Part shown: one piece after another, positions 61,168 through 64,000 of the stretch
Position numbering within the stretch: position 1 is the stretch's first letter
Layout: the number at the start of each line of letters is the position of its first letter
Source: Lytechinus pictus
Taxonomy: Eukaryota
Assembly (NCBI RefSeq): GCF_037042905.1
Contig: NC_087251.1
Span: 20,710,001-20,774,000 of the forward strand
Direction: 5' to 3'
Length of the DNA: 64,000 nucleotides
The notes under the pieces: generated by a model
The model's input: the letters and a program-made list of their open reading frames with translations, nothing else
The model's database searches: none
Told to the model about the DNA's origin: nothing
Program-made: the position numbers and the translations under genes

Positions 61168-63803
61168 TCAAGGAGCTTTAGGATGAACATCATGGTAGTC
61201 CTTCCCGTGAATCTCTGGTGAGTATGTCAACAGAACGATCATCACCCACAGATGAAGCAGAAACTGGTTAAGTAAAAGATAAAGAAAACATTTTCAAACA
61301 AATGTTAGCATACCGTTTTCATATCTATTTCTCATTTCATATTTGTCATCCTATAAAATTGCCGATCAAAATCAGAGTGAATGGAAACTCGGAAGATGCA
61401 TTAGCTTCACTGGCACAGCAGTGGTCTAGCAATAGGCAGCTTATGTTCAAAGTAAAGTTGATGAAGTTTACTTTTAATTTGGCATTAATCTTCATTACCA
61501 AGGGTCCATTGCATTAAGAAATGGAATCAAAAACCAATTAAAAAAATAAGATGCAACTTGATTTTAAACTTATTTCATGTTTCAGACTTGAGTTTGATTT
61601 TGTTACATATAACAAGTATTCTTTGCAGTCAGGTGAGATAATTATTGCATGTACAAAATTACAAAGAGACTTGCCAGTGTGGCAAAAGGTTATGGCAATG
61701 GAATATAACTCCCACGTATTAAAAAAAAAATTGCAAAAAGCATCAAAATGGAATATATCTTCCACATAACATATGACAAATCTTCTATTCATTGGGTAAA
61801 ACTCACCATATAACATATGACAAAAAGTCTTGCAATGGGATATCTTCTGAGGAAGACACCTAGTCTGATGCTGAATTTATCAATAGTGCTAGCTGCTCGC
61901 TTCACTTTCCTCGTCATACCACCATCATCAGGGGTCTCCTGCATGAAGAGCGGTAACCTCTGTCTGGTGCCTGCAGTTATTTGAAAAACAAAAACAAAGA
62001 TGAGTATAGGTGTCCTTCATTGGACATCCAAGATTTAACCCATGAGGACTCTAAATGAAAATATGATAGATTTCATAATATTTGAAATAGAAAACCAAAG
62101 AAATGGGTATATCAATAGTATTGATATACAGTGAAATGAAATAAATATGTCCATGTCAAAACACATTAAAATATAATGAAATGATGAAATTTCATTTTCA
62201 ATTTTTTATTTGCTCATAAAAATCCATACAAAAACACTACATATACAAAGTATCGTATTAACAAAATAGAAAAACAACAACAAATAGAAATAAACATTGG
62301 ATTGAATATGAGAGGGACAGCAAGAAAGGAACAAATTTATAATTAAAAAAAAATCTACTTTGAAGCCTAAACCCCTACCACATACCTAACCCTAAACTTA
62401 TACTTTCAGAGAAATTAAGACCAGAGCAATTGTAGTAGGAGTACATGTGGGGGGTCATTTAAAGTTTATCACATTACACGTGGCTTTGCACAGGACTGGG
62501 GATCTGTTCTTGTGCCAAATTATATTGCCCTTTGAAGCTGATTCAGCACTTACAAACATGTTCAAATAAAATATATATATATTTGAAATAGAAAGACAAC
62601 AATGATATTAGTATAGTGTCCCTATTTCTGCACAATGGTTCCATAAATACGCCTAAATGAAGTATCATGACATTGATGGCTTTTATAGTTGTGTTCGATT
62701 TGACCAATCGCAGCTCTCAACCAATTCTACATACCTTCTTCATCCTCATATGATCCTATGTTGACGGTGTGTGTTGGTGTTACTCGGGCTGTGGCTTGAA
62801 CCTCCTTATACTGTCTCTGAATAGAGAAGCAAATAAAAATATAGACATAATAATAAGTTTTAATTCTGATAGTGATATGGAGTTGCGAAAGAAACTGTCT
62901 CAAAGTAATTGGGAAAGATGTCTATCATACAACTGAGAACGGTTGTTTACTCTACGATATTACAATTGTCAAAATATCAGTTTAATAAAACTCAGCCTGA
63001 GATCACATGCACTGCACACAGGAAGGATTGAATAGAAAAGCAAACAAATAGTCATCCTGACAATTTCAAGTTTTTTCATGAATGTGACGGCATTTAAAGT
63101 GCATTCCTTTGCGGTACAAGATTTTCTAAGACATTCTCAATAAATTTCATGACAATAATCTGAAATCACACTACTTTCCCCATTCCTACAACTGGAAGTC
63201 ACATGAACCTACTGACTAGTGAATTCTTTAATTTTCTCCAGATTACTAAATTCAAGTTCACTCTTGAAGAAGAAACAAAACTCAGTCCCTGTGAGTTAAG
63301 ATTACAAAGTAAATTATCTAATTCGCTGCTAATTCCAAGTTTTTACAAGTATACCATTTCATCTCTTTAGCCCATATTCATATACAGATTCCTGAATCAG
63401 TCAGCATTAGATAGTCATTAATCTTAGACACTAAAATTATATTTAAAAATATTTCTGGAAAAAATGAATAAAAATATGTGGGGGTCTTTTTAACCATAAA
63501 GAACACGACTGGAAATCTAGTAAATATAAGGAACATAACTGCATAGCGACATTTTTAAAACTATCTATAGTAAAATCACAGATTTAAACCCTAGTTTAAC
63601 TAATAACACCTTGGTATTTCGGGACTTTGATTAAAAATGAGTTGTGACAATACCTGTAGCCTTTCAAGTTGCAATCCAAGGGAATTCTTCTCACTACTTA
63701 GAGTTTCCAGCATTGTCTGCTTCTGAATAAGGCTTTCAGTCAAAGAATGAAGACGACCTTCAAGTTCACTCTCGGAGGAACTACTCAAACTCTTGGTTTT
63801 TAA
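61168..63803 (-). CDS. GOLGA5: Golgin subfamily A member 5 (golgin-84), last four coding exons; gene continues beyond the window
   Basis: Exons 63803-63654, 62816-62735, 61970-61807, 61263-61168, phase-consistent. Translation ELEGRLHSLTESLIQKQTMLETLSSEKNSL...KRAASTIDKFSIRLGVFLRRYPIARLFVICYMFLLHLWVMIVLLTYSPEIH...* is the typical golgin-84 C-terminal TM anchor. Confidence 0.93.
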
Positions 63804-64000
63804 CTGACGAGAGAAAGAATGCATAATCATCTCTTAATTACATTGTTTTATATTCTGAATAAATTCACATGCAGCATAACACGCTTGTGATTGGAAAGAC
63901 TGATAAAGTAGACCATTGGAATTAATTTCGCAAATGAACAGCACCATCTTGATGGAAATTCTGCTTACATTAGGAAACATATATGGATACTGGAAAGCAT

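Overview
AT-rich animal genomic DNA with spliceosomal introns. The repeat content and protein sequences suggest a marine invertebrate, probably a sea urchin (inference, not checked by search). Four multi-exon genes were assembled by hand from GT-AG sites with consistent phases. (1) A DUF4200/CCDC42-family coiled-coil gene most like CCDC197 (+, 9 exons, 355 aa). (2) The sperm Ca2+ channel subunit CATSPER1 (-, 12 coding exons, 467 aa, TLDDW filter), with a U12-type intron and no His-rich N-terminus. (3) Alpha-SNAP/NAPA (+, 8 exons, 292 aa), head-to-head with CATSPER1 across a small CpG-rich island. (4) The last four exons of golgin-84/GOLGA5 (-). Introns and intergenic DNA contain many non-autonomous DNA transposons (piggyBac-, Kolobok-, Harbinger-, mariner- and hAT-like MITEs, and Helentron/HINE-like elements with 163-bp tandem arrays), tRNA-derived SINEs and LINE remnants. 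Highlights are the possible shared CATSPER1/alpha-SNAP promoter in a sperm-relevant neighbourhood, the U12 intron, a duplicated CCDC197 exon whose acceptor is interrupted by a piggyBac MITE, and MITEs carrying RFX X-box plus CCAAT motifs. No wholly new protein system is evident. Most short ORFs in the track are spurious.
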